Assembly: GCA_963716255.1 (NCBI GenBank)
Contig: OY970303.1
Span: 224,001 to 288,000, forward strand
DNA: 64,000 nucleotides
Direction of reading: 5' to 3'
Source of the DNA: an uncultured Gemmatimonadales bacterium
Lineage (GTDB): Bacteria > Gemmatimonadota > Gemmatimonadetes > Longimicrobiales > Longimicrobiaceae
This document shows positions 10,722 to 20,745 of this stretch, one piece after another. Position 1 is the first letter of the stretch. The number at the start of each line of letters is the position of its first letter. Both the position numbers and the translations under genes were made by a program. Under the pieces are notes generated by a model, which saw nothing but the letters and a program-made list of their open reading frames with translations, searched no databases and was not told the DNA's origin.

Positions 10722-10846
10722 GGCTGCCGCCCGAGAGTGCCGCTGGTGGATTGCCGTCGCGAGCCGAATGTGATAACCTCCCGTCTCCCGGCGGGCAAGA
10801 GACCGGCCCGTCCGGGCCGCCCCGTTCCCAGACCGCCACGGCCCGA

Positions 10847-11464
10847 GTGCACGACCCCCGGCTGCAGCTCATCCGCGACGCGCTCGCCCGCCGCCCGGGG
10901 CACCGCGCCGGGGACGCCCCGGGGACGCCGCGCGCCTCGGTGGCACTCGTGTTGCGGCCCGCACACGCGGGGCTGGAGCTGCTGCTCATCAAGCGCGCCG
11001 AGCGGGAGGGCGACCCCTGGTCCGGTCACATGGCCCTCCCCGGCGGGCGGAGCGACCCGGGAGACCCGGACGAGGAGGCGACCGCCGTGCGGGAAACGCT
11101 CGAGGAGGTGGGAATCGACCTCGCCGGGCGGGGAGTCGCGCTGGGGTCGCTGGACGACCTGGTCCCCCGCGGGGGAGCCCCGCGGATCGTGGTCTCGCCC
11201 TTCGTGTTCGGCGCCCCCACGGGGACCGTCGCCACCCCCAACCTCGAGGTCGATGCCGCCGTGTGGATCCCGCTGCGCGAGCTCGCGCACCCGGACGCCG
11301 CCACCGAGTTCCTGCTGGAGGCGGTGACCGGCGAGGGCTCGCCGCCGCGCCGCTTCCCCGCCATCGGGACGCGCGGCTACGTGATCTGGGGGATGACGCA
11401 CCGCATCCTGGACGACTTCCTCGCCCTGGCGCTGCCGCTGGTGGAGCCCGGGGGCGCGGAATGA
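10847..11464 (+). CDS. Nudix hydrolase, CoA pyrophosphatase family
   Basis: WSGHMALPGG..TAVRETLEEVG Nudix box; IWGMTHRIL. Confidence 0.9.
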   Translation: MHDPRLQLIRDALARRPGHRAGDAPGTPRASVALVLRPAHAGLELLLIKRAEREGDPWSGHMALPGGRSDPGDPDEEATAVRETLEEVGIDLAGRGVALGSLDDLVPRGGAPRIVVSPFVFGAPTGTVATPNLEVDAAVWIPLRELAHPDAATEFLLEAVTGEGSPPRRFPAIGTRGYVIWGMTHRILDDFLALALPLVEPGGAE

Positions 11465-12360
11465 GCGCCCCGCGCGCGCTGGTGCTGGGGTGCGGGTACG
11501 TGGGCCGGCGCCTGGCCCGCGCCCTGGCCGCTCGCGGCATGGAAGTGGTGGGAACCACCCGCAGCCCCGCGCGGGCCGCCGAGGTCGCCGCCGCCGGCGC
11601 GCGCCCCGTCCTCGCCGACGTGATGCGCCCGGAGACGCTGGCCCCGCTCGTGGAGTGGCGGCCTGCGGTGGTGTTCGACCTGGTGCGCCCCCAGGTCGCC
11701 GGCGAGGACGCCTACAGCGTGGAGGGGACGAGCAGCGTGGCGCGGGCCTTCGCCGGCGCCCCGCCCGGCGCGCTGGTGTACGTGAGCAGCACCTCCGTGT
11801 ACGGCCGGCGCGGGGGAGAGTGGACCGACGAAGCCACCCCCGTGAACCCTTCGTCGGCGGTGGGCGGCGCGCGCGTGGAGGCCGAGCAGGTGTACCTGGA
11901 CGCCTGGCGCGGGCGGGGGCTCCCGGTCCGCATCTGCCGCGTGCCGGGGATCTACGGACCCGGGCGGACGCTGCGCGAGCGGCTGGAGCGCGGCGCGTAC
12001 CGCCGGCTGGGCGACGAGGACCACTGGGTGTCGCGCATCCACGTGGACGACCTGGTGGAGGGGCTGATCGCCGCCTGGGAGCGGGGCCGCCCCGGCGAGA
12101 CCTATCTGCTGTGCGACGACGAGCCGGTCACCGGCGCCGAGTACGCCGAGCTGACCGCCGAGCTGCTCGCGCTCCCGCTGCCTCCCGCGGTGTCGCGCGC
12201 CGACATCCGCGAGGAGCTGTCCGGGAGCGCCTTCGAGCGCCGCATCGGGTCGCGGCGGTGCTCCAACCGGCGGATGCGCGACGAGCTGGGGGTGGTTCCC
12301 CGCTACCCCTCCGTCCGCGAGGGCGTCCCCGCCGCCCTGCGCGAGGAAGGAGCCCTGTAG
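11461..12360 (+). CDS. NAD-dependent epimerase/dehydratase (atypical SDR)
   Basis: LVLGCGYVG, YVSSTSVYG, GIYGPGR, SRIHVDD. Confidence 0.9.
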   Translation: MSAPRALVLGCGYVGRRLARALAARGMEVVGTTRSPARAAEVAAAGARPVLADVMRPETLAPLVEWRPAVVFDLVRPQVAGEDAYSVEGTSSVARAFAGAPPGALVYVSSTSVYGRRGGEWTDEATPVNPSSAVGGARVEAEQVYLDAWRGRGLPVRICRVPGIYGPGRTLRERLERGAYRRLGDEDHWVSRIHVDDLVEGLIAAWERGRPGETYLLCDDEPVTGAEYAELTAELLALPLPPAVSRADIREELSGSAFERRIGSRRCSNRRMRDELGVVPRYPSVREGVPAALREEGAL

Positions 12361-12364
12361 ACCC

Positions 12365-12577
12365 ATGGCGAGCGAGCGGTTCACGCTGTCCCTGACCCCG
12401 CGCCAGGCGGAGGCGCTGCGCGCCCTCGCGGCGCTGGAAGAGCTTCCGCCGGAGGTGTACGCCGCGGAAGTGCTGGTGAAGCACCTGTACCACGCCTACA
12501 CCCCGGAGGTCGCCCGCCGCGCGGCGCAGGCGTCCGCAGCCTCCACGACTCCCGAGGACGGCGCGGGGGCACGCTAG
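12365..12577 (+). CDS. Small hypothetical protein, possibly ribbon-helix-helix
   Basis: Operon position; beta strand FTLSLT followed by two helices. Confidence 0.55.
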   Translation: MASERFTLSLTPRQAEALRALAALEELPPEVYAAEVLVKHLYHAYTPEVARRAAQASAASTTPEDGAGAR

Positions 12578-12626
12578 CCCCCGCCGGCCGGTTCGGCCCG
12601 GGACCCCGATACCCGATCCACACCGC

Positions 12627-13700
12627 ATGGAAGACAGCTCATTCGAGTTCCTCAAGCGCCTCCTGGACGCCCCGGGCCCCTCCGGCTTCGAGGTGGTGCC
12701 CGCGCGCATCTGGCGCGAAGAGGCGGAGCGGATCACCGGCCGCGTGGAGGCCGACGTCGCCGGCAACTCCGCGGCGACGCTGAACCCCGGGGGCACCCCC
12801 CACGTGATGCTGGCCGGCCACATCGACGAGATCGGGCTGATGGTCACGCACGTGGACGACGACGGCTTCCTGTACTTCGACGGGATCGGCGGGTGGGACC
12901 CGCAGGTCCTGGTGGCGCAGCGCATCCGCGTGCTCACGCGCCGCGGCGAGGTGATCGGGGTCGTCGGCAAGAAGCCCATCCACCTCCTCAAGGGCGAGGA
13001 GAAGGAGAAGGCGGCGAAGATCTCCGACCTGTGGATCGACGTGGGCGCCCGCAGCCTGGCCGAGGCGACCGAGCGGGGAATCCGCGTGGGCGACCCCGCG
13101 GTGGTGGACGCGCGCCTGGTGGAGCTGGGCAACGGGCTGATCGCCTCGCGCTCCGTCGACAACCGCATCGGAGCCTTCATCGTGCTGGAAGCGCTCCGCC
13201 TCCTCCAGGGCGGACCCGCCTTCGCGGCGCAGGTGACCGCCGCGGCCACCACCCAGGAGGAGATCGGCTTCAGCGGCGGCGGGGCGCGCGTCTCGGCGTA
13301 CACGCTGGACCCTCAGGTGGCGCTGGTGGTGGACGTGTCCTTCGCCACCGACTGCCCGGGGATGGAAAAGAAGGAGATCGGCTCGCACCGGCTGGGGGGC
13401 GGTCCCATCCTGGCGCGCGGCTCCGCCATCCACCCGCTGGTGTTCGAGCGCCTTGCCGAGACGGCCGAGGCGGAGGGGATCCCCTACACCATGCAGGCGA
13501 ACCCCAGGCACACCGCCACCGACGCCGACGGCATCTTCCTGTCGCGCGCGGGCGTCGCCACGGGGGTGGTCTCCATCCCCAACCGGTACATGCACTCTCC
13601 GAATGAGATCGTGGCGCTGGACGACCTGACCGCCGCCGCCCGCCTGATCGCCGCGTTCTGCCGCGGCCTGCGGGGCGGGGACGAGTTCGTCCCGCGCTGA
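12627..13700 (+). CDS. M42 family metallopeptidase
   Basis: PGPSGFE, GHIDEIG, DNR, TQEEIG, VDV, RYMHSPNE. Confidence 0.93.
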   Translation: MEDSSFEFLKRLLDAPGPSGFEVVPARIWREEAERITGRVEADVAGNSAATLNPGGTPHVMLAGHIDEIGLMVTHVDDDGFLYFDGIGGWDPQVLVAQRIRVLTRRGEVIGVVGKKPIHLLKGEEKEKAAKISDLWIDVGARSLAEATERGIRVGDPAVVDARLVELGNGLIASRSVDNRIGAFIVLEALRLLQGGPAFAAQVTAAATTQEEIGFSGGGARVSAYTLDPQVALVVDVSFATDCPGMEKKEIGSHRLGGGPILARGSAIHPLVFERLAETAEAEGIPYTMQANPRHTATDADGIFLSRAGVATGVVSIPNRYMHSPNEIVALDDLTAAARLIAAFCRGLRGGDEFVPR

Positions 13701-13719
13701 CGCGTCCGGGGAAAGCCGC

Positions 13720-14205
13720 GTGTACACCGTGGACGAGATCACCATGCGTGCCCCCGTGGAAGCGTGCTTCCGCGCCGGGGCCGACGTGGAGCGCTGGCCC
13801 GAGTGGCTCCCGCACTACCGCTGGGTGCGCTTCCAGCGCAGGGACGGGTTCGCCACCGGGCGCGTGGAGATGGCCGCCCGCCGCGACTTCGGGCCGCTCC
13901 CCTACCCCGTCTGGTGGGTGTCGGAGATGCACGTGGACGAGGCCCGTCCCGCGGTGATCTACCGCCACGTGGACGGCGTCACCACCGGGATGGACGTGGA
14001 GTGGACCTTCGAGGACCGCGGCGACGGCACCACGCACGTCCGCATCGTCCACGCCTGGGACACCGGCCCGCGCTGGCCCCTCCCCGGCCCGATGCGCCGC
14101 GCGATCGGCAGCGCCGTGATCGGCCCCGTGTTCATCCACCACGTGGCCAGCCGGACGCTGGCGGGGATCCGGAGGGCGGCCGAAGGCGGAGTGATCCCTG
14201 TGTAG
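13720..14205 (+). CDS. SRPBCC / polyketide cyclase-dehydrase family protein
   Basis: APVE.CF...ADVERWPEWLPH N-terminus; GMDVEWTFE; C-terminal helix. Confidence 0.8.
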   Translation: MYTVDEITMRAPVEACFRAGADVERWPEWLPHYRWVRFQRRDGFATGRVEMAARRDFGPLPYPVWWVSEMHVDEARPAVIYRHVDGVTTGMDVEWTFEDRGDGTTHVRIVHAWDTGPRWPLPGPMRRAIGSAVIGPVFIHHVASRTLAGIRRAAEGGVIPV

Positions 14206-14315
14206 GGATCTGCAGCCCCCGTTCTTGCGGGAACGTAGTCGAGACTCGTCGGTACCGATGCCGGCGAGTCTTCCGTTTTTTCCGGACACACGGCGAGCAA
14301 GGACGCAGGGAGCGC

Positions 14316-15590
14316 ATGAGGGGCACCACCCGGGATCCTTTGGACGAGAACACCCCCCGCCGCGTGGTGGTGACGGGGATCGGCTGCATCACCCCCATCG
14401 GGACGGGCGTGGAGGGGCTGTGGGACGGGCTGCAGCGGCGCGAGTCCGCGGTGCGCCGCATCTCGCGCTTCGACCCCTCGCCCTTCCGCTCGCACATCGC
14501 CGCGCAGGTGGACGACTTCGAGCCCACCGACTACATGGACCGCAGCCGGGCGCGGCGCATGGAGCGCTACGCCCAGTTCTCCGTGGCCTCCGCGCGGATG
14601 GCGTTGGCGGACGCGGCGCTCGATCCCGCCTCGGTGGACCCGGACCGCGTGGGCGTGCAGATGGGGAGCGCGCTGGGCGGGGTGGCGTACGGCGAGGGGC
14701 AGTTCAACTCGTACCTCACCCACGGCGTGCGCGGCGTGGACCCCATGCTCGCCCTGGCCGTGTTCAACGGCTCGGCCTCGTGCAACGTGGCCATCGAGTT
14801 CGGCTTCACGGGTCCCAACTCCACCAACGGGATGAGCTGCGCCTCCGGCGCCATCGCCATCGGCGACGGGTGGCGGCTGATCCGCGAGGGCGAGGCGGAC
14901 GTGGTGGTCTCCGGCGGCGTGGAGGCCCCCCTGGCGCCGCTGTGCTACGGCGCCTTCGCCATCATCCGCGCCATGTCCACCCGCAACGACGACCCGGAGC
15001 ACGCCTCGCGCCCCTTCGACGCCGGCCGCGACGGGTTCGTGATGGGCGAGGGCGCCGCCACGCTGGTGCTGGAGGAGCTGGAGCACGCGCGCCGCCGCGG
15101 GGCCCGCATCTACGGCGAGGTGCTGGGCTACGGCACCTCCAACGACGCCCACCACATGACCGCCCCGCGCCCCGACGGGAGCCAGGCGGCACGCGCCATG
15201 CGGTCGGCGATGCGGACCGGCGGGATCCGGCCGGAAGAGGTGGACTACGTCAACGCGCATGCCTCGTCCACGCCGCTGAACGACTCCACCGAGAGCCGGG
15301 TCATCCGCGAGGTGATGGGGGAGCACGCCGACCGGGTGGTGGTGAGCGGGACCAAGGGGTACCACGCCCACTGCCTGGGGGCCACCGGCGCGATCGAGGC
15401 GGCCATCTCCATGCTGACCCTCCAGCGGGGGTGGATCCCGCCCACGCTCAACCTGGAGAGCCCGGGCGAAGGGTGCGACCTGAGCTACGTGACCGGCGAG
15501 GGCGCCTGCGTCCCGGTGCGGCGCGCGGTGTCCAACTCCTTCGGGTTCGGGGGGATCAACGCGGCGCTCGCGTTCGGGAGCCTGTCGTAG
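14316..15590 (+). CDS. fabF: Beta-ketoacyl-ACP synthase II family protein
   Basis: RRVVVTGIG, SCASG (catalytic Cys), SRPFD..RDGFVMGEG, NAHASST, AHCLGA, SNSFGFGG. Confidence 0.85.
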   Translation: MRGTTRDPLDENTPRRVVVTGIGCITPIGTGVEGLWDGLQRRESAVRRISRFDPSPFRSHIAAQVDDFEPTDYMDRSRARRMERYAQFSVASARMALADAALDPASVDPDRVGVQMGSALGGVAYGEGQFNSYLTHGVRGVDPMLALAVFNGSASCNVAIEFGFTGPNSTNGMSCASGAIAIGDGWRLIREGEADVVVSGGVEAPLAPLCYGAFAIIRAMSTRNDDPEHASRPFDAGRDGFVMGEGAATLVLEELEHARRRGARIYGEVLGYGTSNDAHHMTAPRPDGSQAARAMRSAMRTGGIRPEEVDYVNAHASSTPLNDSTESRVIREVMGEHADRVVVSGTKGYHAHCLGATGAIEAAISMLTLQRGWIPPTLNLESPGEGCDLSYVTGEGACVPVRRAVSNSFGFGGINAALAFGSLS

Positions 15591-15682
15591 CACGCCGGGG
15601 CGTTCCCGATCGGGAACATAGGCGTTACATTGGGGTGACAGAGGGACCGTCCACGACCGGCGACGAACCGGGCACAAAAAGT

Positions 15683-15711
15683 TTGACTTTCAAGGGGGAG
15701 CGGCTTACATT
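15683..15711 (+). promoter_or_regulatory. Sigma-70-type promoter upstream of the sigma factor gene
   Basis: TTGACT-N17-TACATT in an AT-rich patch. Confidence 0.6.
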
Positions 15712-15834
15712 GCTCGGTTATGAATTTGTCTTTTCTAGGACAAGACGCCGGCACCGGTTGATCTGAGAGCAGAGGGCCTCGCACGCCAACGAGGCTCCTG
15801 CTCTCATCTTTTTTTCCCTGGATGAGCCGAACCC

Positions 15835-16695
15835 ATGTTCCTGAGCTCCCGAGCGCTTGACTCCTTCGACCAGTACCTGCACGACGTCGAGAAGTACCCG
15901 CTGATCGACGATCCCGCCGAGGAGCGGGCGCTCGCCCGCAAGGCCAGGGCGGGCGACAAGGAGTCGGCGGAGCGCCTGGTGACCGCCAACCTGCGCTTCG
16001 TGATCTCCTACGTGAAGAAGTACCAGGGCCGCGGCCTGGGGCTGGCGGAGCTGGTCTGCATCGGCAACGAGGGCCTCCTCAAGGCGGTCAAGAAGTTCGA
16101 TCCCGACAAGGGGGTGAAGTTCATCTCCTACGCCGTGTGGTGGATCCGCCAGACGGTGCTCCAGGCGCTCGCCGAGCAGACGCGCTCGGTGCGCATCCCG
16201 CTGAACCAGAACTCCAACCTGGTTCGCCTGTCCCGGGTGGACACGGCGCTGACGCAGTCGCTCGGCCGCTCGCCCACGGACGAGGAGATCGCCAACGAGA
16301 TGGGCGAGCCGGTGGACACCATCCGCGCCCTGCGCCGGGTGGCCGCCAGCGAGCTCTCGCTGGACGCCCCGCTGGACCGCGGCGACCGCGACTCGGCTTC
16401 CTTCGGGGAGCGCTTCGCCGGCGCCGAGGCGGACGAGATCGAGGAGGAGGTGGAGTCGCAGGCGCGCCGCGAGTTCCTGGAGCGCATGTTCGAGAAGTAC
16501 CTCACCGAGCGCGAGCGGAAGATCCTCTACCTCTACTACGGCCTGGACGAGGGCGAGGAGCGGACGCTGGAGGAGATCGGGTCGCTGCTCGGCGTCACCC
16601 GCGAGCGGATCCGCCAGATCCGCAACCGGGCCTTCGAGAAGCTCCGCGAGAGCCCGGACGGGTCGGCGCTCGAAGGGTTCTGGGCCGTGTCCTGA
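15835..16695 (+). CDS. RNA polymerase sigma-70 family factor (RpoD/SigA-like, lacking region 1.1)
   Basis: ANLRFVIS, GNEGLLKAVKKFDPDKGVKFISYAVWWIRQ, TLEEIG..GVTRERIRQI. Confidence 0.93.
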   Translation: MFLSSRALDSFDQYLHDVEKYPLIDDPAEERALARKARAGDKESAERLVTANLRFVISYVKKYQGRGLGLAELVCIGNEGLLKAVKKFDPDKGVKFISYAVWWIRQTVLQALAEQTRSVRIPLNQNSNLVRLSRVDTALTQSLGRSPTDEEIANEMGEPVDTIRALRRVAASELSLDAPLDRGDRDSASFGERFAGAEADEIEEEVESQARREFLERMFEKYLTERERKILYLYYGLDEGEERTLEEIGSLLGVTRERIRQIRNRAFEKLRESPDGSALEGFWAVS

Positions 16696-16728
16696 GCCGT
16701 CGTCGTCGAAGCCGCTCGGAAATGCCGA

Positions 16729-16764
16729 AGAGGGAGGGACCCGCCGCGGGTCCCTCCCTCTTTC
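16729..16764 (+). terminator. Intrinsic terminator
   Basis: agagggagggacccg/cgggtccctccctct stem followed by ttc. Confidence 0.7.
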
Positions 16765-16859
16765 GTCGCCCCCGGTACGGAGGGTGGCGGCCTCCCCCGC
16801 CGCCGCGGTAAGATGTGGCTCCCCTTTCCCCGGTCACCCGCCGCACGGTCGCACAGCGC

Positions 16860-18110
16860 ATGTCACAGTCGTTCGCGGAATCCGTCCGCTCCCACTTCCC
16901 GGTATTCGAGCGCCGCTTCGACGGCCGGCCGCTGGCCTTCTTCGACGGTCCCGGCGGGAGCCAGGTGCCCAGGCAGGTGGCGGACGCCGTGGCCGGGACG
17001 CTGCTCCTTCACAACGCCAACGTGCACGGGTCCTTTCCCACCAGCCGGGAGGTGGACGGGATCCTCGCGGCCGCGCGTGAGGCCGCCGTGGACTTCCTGG
17101 GCGCGGGCGGGGCGCGGGAGATCGCCTTCGGCGCCAACATGACCACGCTCGCCTTCGCCTTCGCCCGGTCGCTGAGCCGCGGCTGGGAGCCGGGCGACGA
17201 GGTGGTGGTCACCGACCTGGACCACCAGGCCAACGTCGCGCCCTGGCGCCGCGCCGCGGAGGACCGCGGCGTCGTGGTGCGCAGCGTCCCCTTCGACCCC
17301 GCGACCATGCAGCTCGACCTTGGCGCGCTGGAGGCGATGCTCGGGCCCCGCACTCGGCTGGTGGCGGTGGGCGCGGCCTCCAACGCCGTGGGCACCGTGA
17401 GCGACGTGGCGCGGGTGGCGGAGATGGCGCACCGGGTGGGCGCGCTGGTATTCGTGGACGCGGTCCACTACGCGCCGCACCGCCTGGTGGACGTGCGGGC
17501 GCTGGGGTGCGACTTCCTGGCCTGCTCCGCCTACAAGTTCTTCGGGCCGCACGTGGGGCTGCTCTGGGGAAAGCCGGAGCACATGGAGGCGCTGGTCCCG
17601 TACAAGGTGCCGCCCTGCGCCGACACCCTCCCCGACCGCTGGGAGACGGGGACGATGAACCACGAGGGGATGGCCGGGGTGGCGGCGGCGATCGACTGGA
17701 TCGCCTCGCTGGCGCCCGGGCCCGCGGCCTCCCGCCGCGAGGCGCTGCGCGCCGCCATGGAGCGCATCGAGGAGCACGAGACGCGCATCTTCGGCCTGCT
17801 CCTGGACGGGCTGGAGGCGATCCCCGGCGTGCGCGTCTTCGGACCGCCGCGGGGAGCGCCCCGCACCCCCACGGCCGGCTTCACCGTGCGCGGCGTGCAC
17901 GCGGACGAGGTGGCGCGCCGCCTGGGCGGCGAGGGCGTCTGCGCGTGGAGCGGGAACTTCTACGCGACCGGCGTCACGGAGGGGCTGGGGATCGTGCAGG
18001 GGGGCGGGCTGGTGCGCGCCGGGGTGGCGCCGTACTGCACGGAGGACGACGTGCGGCGGCTGCTGGAGGGGGTTTCTCGGATTGCAGACGACGGCGGGCG
18101 GGAGGGCTGA
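16860..18110 (+). CDS. Cysteine desulfurase-like class V aminotransferase
   Basis: FFDGPGGSQVP, DHQANVAPW, VDAVHYAPH, CSAYKFFGPH, WETGT. Confidence 0.9.
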   Translation: MSQSFAESVRSHFPVFERRFDGRPLAFFDGPGGSQVPRQVADAVAGTLLLHNANVHGSFPTSREVDGILAAAREAAVDFLGAGGAREIAFGANMTTLAFAFARSLSRGWEPGDEVVVTDLDHQANVAPWRRAAEDRGVVVRSVPFDPATMQLDLGALEAMLGPRTRLVAVGAASNAVGTVSDVARVAEMAHRVGALVFVDAVHYAPHRLVDVRALGCDFLACSAYKFFGPHVGLLWGKPEHMEALVPYKVPPCADTLPDRWETGTMNHEGMAGVAAAIDWIASLAPGPAASRREALRAAMERIEEHETRIFGLLLDGLEAIPGVRVFGPPRGAPRTPTAGFTVRGVHADEVARRLGGEGVCAWSGNFYATGVTEGLGIVQGGGLVRAGVAPYCTEDDVRRLLEGVSRIADDGGREG

Positions 18111-18122
18111 ACGGCTGGATCT

Positions 18123-18253
18123 GGGCGTGCCCCCGGCTGGCGCCGGGGTCGGGCTTCGGCTCCGTAACGCACGATAAAACTGTGCGTAACGGAGTCGAGC
18201 CCCTGCGAAACTGCCCGCGGGGTCTCGCCCCTTCGGGCCGAAATCCCTCACGC
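18123..18253 (+). repeat. Repeat family A copy 3 (family C hairpin follows at 18280-18335)
   Basis: Inner stem acgcacg/tgtgcgt. Confidence 0.95.
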
Positions 18254-18342
18254 GGGGCTCGCGCTGGCGTCCGCGGCTGCCCCCTCCCCCCGGCCCCCTC
18301 CCCCCTTGCGGGAGAGGGGGCCGGGGGGAGGGGGGTCGGCCG

Positions 18343-19272
18343 TTACCGGGACGGTGGGGTGCCGTACAGCAGCTTGCGGATCACACCGGCGACCAGCGGG
18401 GCCACGGTGGCGACGCGGACGGGGGACGCTTCCGAGGAAGGCGGCAGCGGCACGGTGTCCGTGACCAGGACCTCGGCCACGCCCTCGGCGGCGAGGCGGC
18501 CCAGCGCGTCCCTGAGGAGGAGGCCGTGGGTGGCCGCCACCCGGAACTCCGTGGCGCCGGCCTCGCGTAGCGCGCGGACGCTCTGCACCAGCGTCCCCCC
18601 CGTGGAGATGATGTCGTCCACCAGCAGGCAGGGGCGCCCCTCCACCTCGCCCACCAGCTGCGTCACCTCCGTCTCCGACCCGCTCTGCCGGCGCTTGTGC
18701 AGCACGGCGAGCGGGGCGTCCAGCTCCAGCGCGTACTCCGTGGCGAGCTTCACCCGCCCCGCATCCGGCGACACTACCACCGTCGCCGGGTCCAGCCGGC
18801 CGCGCAGGTCGTCCACGAGCGCGCCCACCGCCGAGAGCGTGTCCACGGGAATGGAAAAGAACCCCTCGATCTGGGGGGTGTGCAGGTCCACGGTGACCAC
18901 GTGGGCGATCCCCGCCGCCTGCATCAGCGCCGCCACCAGGCTGGCGGTGATGGGCTCGCGCCGCTGGTTGCGCCGGTCCGCCCGCGCATAGCCGAAGTAC
19001 GGCACCACCGCGGTGATGCGCCCCGCCGCCGAGCGCCGCGCCGCGTCGGCGAAGGCCAGCAGCTCCATCAGGTGGTCGTTCACCGGCGGGCAGGTGGACT
19101 GTACGATGAACACCTCCTTGCCCCGCACCGATTCCTCCAGCCGCACCGTCAGCTCTCCGTCCGGGAAGCGCTCCACCTCCGCCGCCCCGGTGGCGCCTCC
19201 CATCTCGCGCGTGACGGCGTCCGCCAGCCGCGGGTTCGCGGTGCCGCCGAAGACGACGAAGCCTGTGTTCAC
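18343..19272 (-). CDS. prs: Ribose-phosphate pyrophosphokinase
   Basis: RFPDGE, PYFGYARADRR, VDLH, VVSPDAG, LVDDIISTGGT. Confidence 0.95.
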   Translation of the reverse strand: MNTGFVVFGGTANPRLADAVTREMGGATGAAEVERFPDGELTVRLEESVRGKEVFIVQSTCPPVNDHLMELLAFADAARRSAAGRITAVVPYFGYARADRRNQRREPITASLVAALMQAAGIAHVVTVDLHTPQIEGFFSIPVDTLSAVGALVDDLRGRLDPATVVVSPDAGRVKLATEYALELDAPLAVLHKRRQSGSETEVTQLVGEVEGRPCLLVDDIISTGGTLVQSVRALREAGATEFRVAATHGLLLRDALGRLAAEGVAEVLVTDTVPLPPSSEASPVRVATVAPLVAGVIRKLLYGTPPSR

Positions 19273-19321
19273 GAGTGTGCCGGGAGGGAGGTGATGAACG
19301 ACGGACTGAACGGGCGCGTTC

Positions 19322-19449
19322 GGGCGTGCCCCCGGCTGCGCCGGGGTCGGGCTTCGGCTCCGTAGCAGACGAAACAACCGTCTGCAACGGAGTCGAGCCC
19401 CGGCAAACTGCCGCCGGGTCTCGCCCCTTCGGGCCGAAATCCCTCACGC
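19322..19449 (+). repeat. Repeat family A copy 4
   Basis: Inner stem gcagacg/cgtctgc. Confidence 0.95.
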
Positions 19450-19616
19450 AGCATCGAGCCGCGTCCGCAGGGAGCAGGGACCGTGCCCGTCACCACGGCT
19501 CCCGGCCGGCCCGCACCCACGCCGGCGCCTGCCCTGAACGGCGAACGGCGCCCCGTGAAGGCGCCGTCCCGTACTGCGGTTCTACTTTCGCGCTCCCGCG
19601 CTCCCGCACTCCGCCG

Positions 19617-20258
19617 TCAGGCCGCCGCCACCTTGAGCCCGTCGGGGATGGGGCCGCCCTCGCGGCACCAGCGCACGAAGATCCGCTGGCACTCCAGCAG
19701 GTCGGGCGAGACCAGGTCCCAGCGCGAGGGCTCCAGGGGAATGCCGTGGAGCACCATCCCCGCCTCCTCCGGCGTGCGTCCGCCCTTGCGGTTGTTGCAC
19801 TGCAGGCAGGCCAGGGCCAGGTTCTCGTAGCGGTGCGACTCGCGCGGATGCCGGAACTTCCACCGGGGGACGATGTGGTCCATGGTGAAGAAGTTCCAGG
19901 GCTCCAGCTCGTCGGCCGTGCGCAGGCAGTACAGGCAGCGCCCGTTGTCGCGCTTGATGAGCGCCGGCAGGCTGGGCGTGCCCGTGGGAATGTTGTGCAG
20001 GTCGAATAGCGGGCTGTGCATCTTGCGCAGCGCCACCACCAGGGGCACGGCGAACTCCTCCCGGACGCTCCGCCACACCTTCATGTGGTCCGGGATCTCG
20101 CCGGTTCCCACCTCCAGCGCGCTCAGGACGACGTCCACCTTGCCCGCGCCGCCGCCCACGTCGTCGTCCTCGAAGAACAGCGAGAAGGCGCGCTCCACGG
20201 GGATCACCGCGCGCGGCTGGAAGTTGGCGTTGAGGAGGAGGGTGCGGATCTTTCTCAT
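19617..20258 (-). CDS. HNH endonuclease (McrA-like)
   Basis: TLLLNANFQP, RDNGRCLYC, TMDHIVP, ENLALACLQCNNRKGGRTPEEAGM. Confidence 0.9.
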   Translation of the reverse strand: MRKIRTLLLNANFQPRAVIPVERAFSLFFEDDDVGGGAGKVDVVLSALEVGTGEIPDHMKVWRSVREEFAVPLVVALRKMHSPLFDLHNIPTGTPSLPALIKRDNGRCLYCLRTADELEPWNFFTMDHIVPRWKFRHPRESHRYENLALACLQCNNRKGGRTPEEAGMVLHGIPLEPSRWDLVSPDLLECQRIFVRWCREGGPIPDGLKVAAA

Positions 20259-20499
20259 CCCGCCCTCCCCCGGCCCCGCGGTTCACCGCCCCCCCCGTCC
20301 TCCACCCCACCCCGGCAGACCGGACCGAACGCCGGCATGCAGACAGACGGATCCGTCATACGCGAACGCCCTTTCGGTGGTTGTGAGCAGCTGCGCCTTC
20401 CGCACCGGCCGGATGCGGATGCCGCCCGTTCAAATGCCGTGCGAACCGGTGCGGGCCGCGCGAGCAGCCCGGCACGGTCCGGTCACGAGCCGGAACCAC

Positions 20500-20740
20500 G
20501 GAAAACACGAAGCCCACGCGCTCAGATGGCGCGTGGGCTTCCGTTGTCGTCGCGTGGATGCGGGGCGCTACCCCTGGTGTCGCCGCTGGAGGCGACACCC
20601 GCCCCGGACCCCCTCTCGGGAGAGAGGGGCCCGCGGCCGGACCGTCGGCTGGTACTGTGGTAGGGGCTCGCCGGGACCATGTCCGCATCCTCGCGCGGTG
20701 AACCGGGCGTACGGCACCGGACATTTCTCCGGTGCTCCTT
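20500..20740 (-). ncRNA. Candidate ~240-nt structured small RNA or attenuator in the HNH leader
   Basis: Promoter at 20746-20774; hairpin at 20714-20735; closed multi-stem domain at 20551-20695; terminator at 20502-20542. Confidence 0.45.
20502..20542 (-). terminator. Intrinsic terminator
   Basis: gaagcccacgcgc/gcgcgtgggcttc stem followed by gtgtttt on the minus strand. Confidence 0.7.
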
Positions 20741-20745
20741 CTCTG

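Noticed and set aside
9200..20258. The two HNH genes as IscB/Cas9-like nucleases or as mobilisers of the repeats
   Set aside because: They have no RuvC or bridge-helix motifs, and repeats lie equally beside housekeeping genes, so adjacency is uninformative.
20385..20412. Minus-strand CCGGUGCGGAAGGCGCAGC, loosely like SRP RNA domain IV
   Set aside because: It lacks the conserved CAGG/AGCAG internal loop and a proper stem around GGAA.
20356..20724. ORF MSGAVRPVHR... after a GGAG in the HNH leader
   Set aside because: It is low-complexity, runs through a terminator, and its start lies within a hairpin; it is better explained as structured non-coding sequence.
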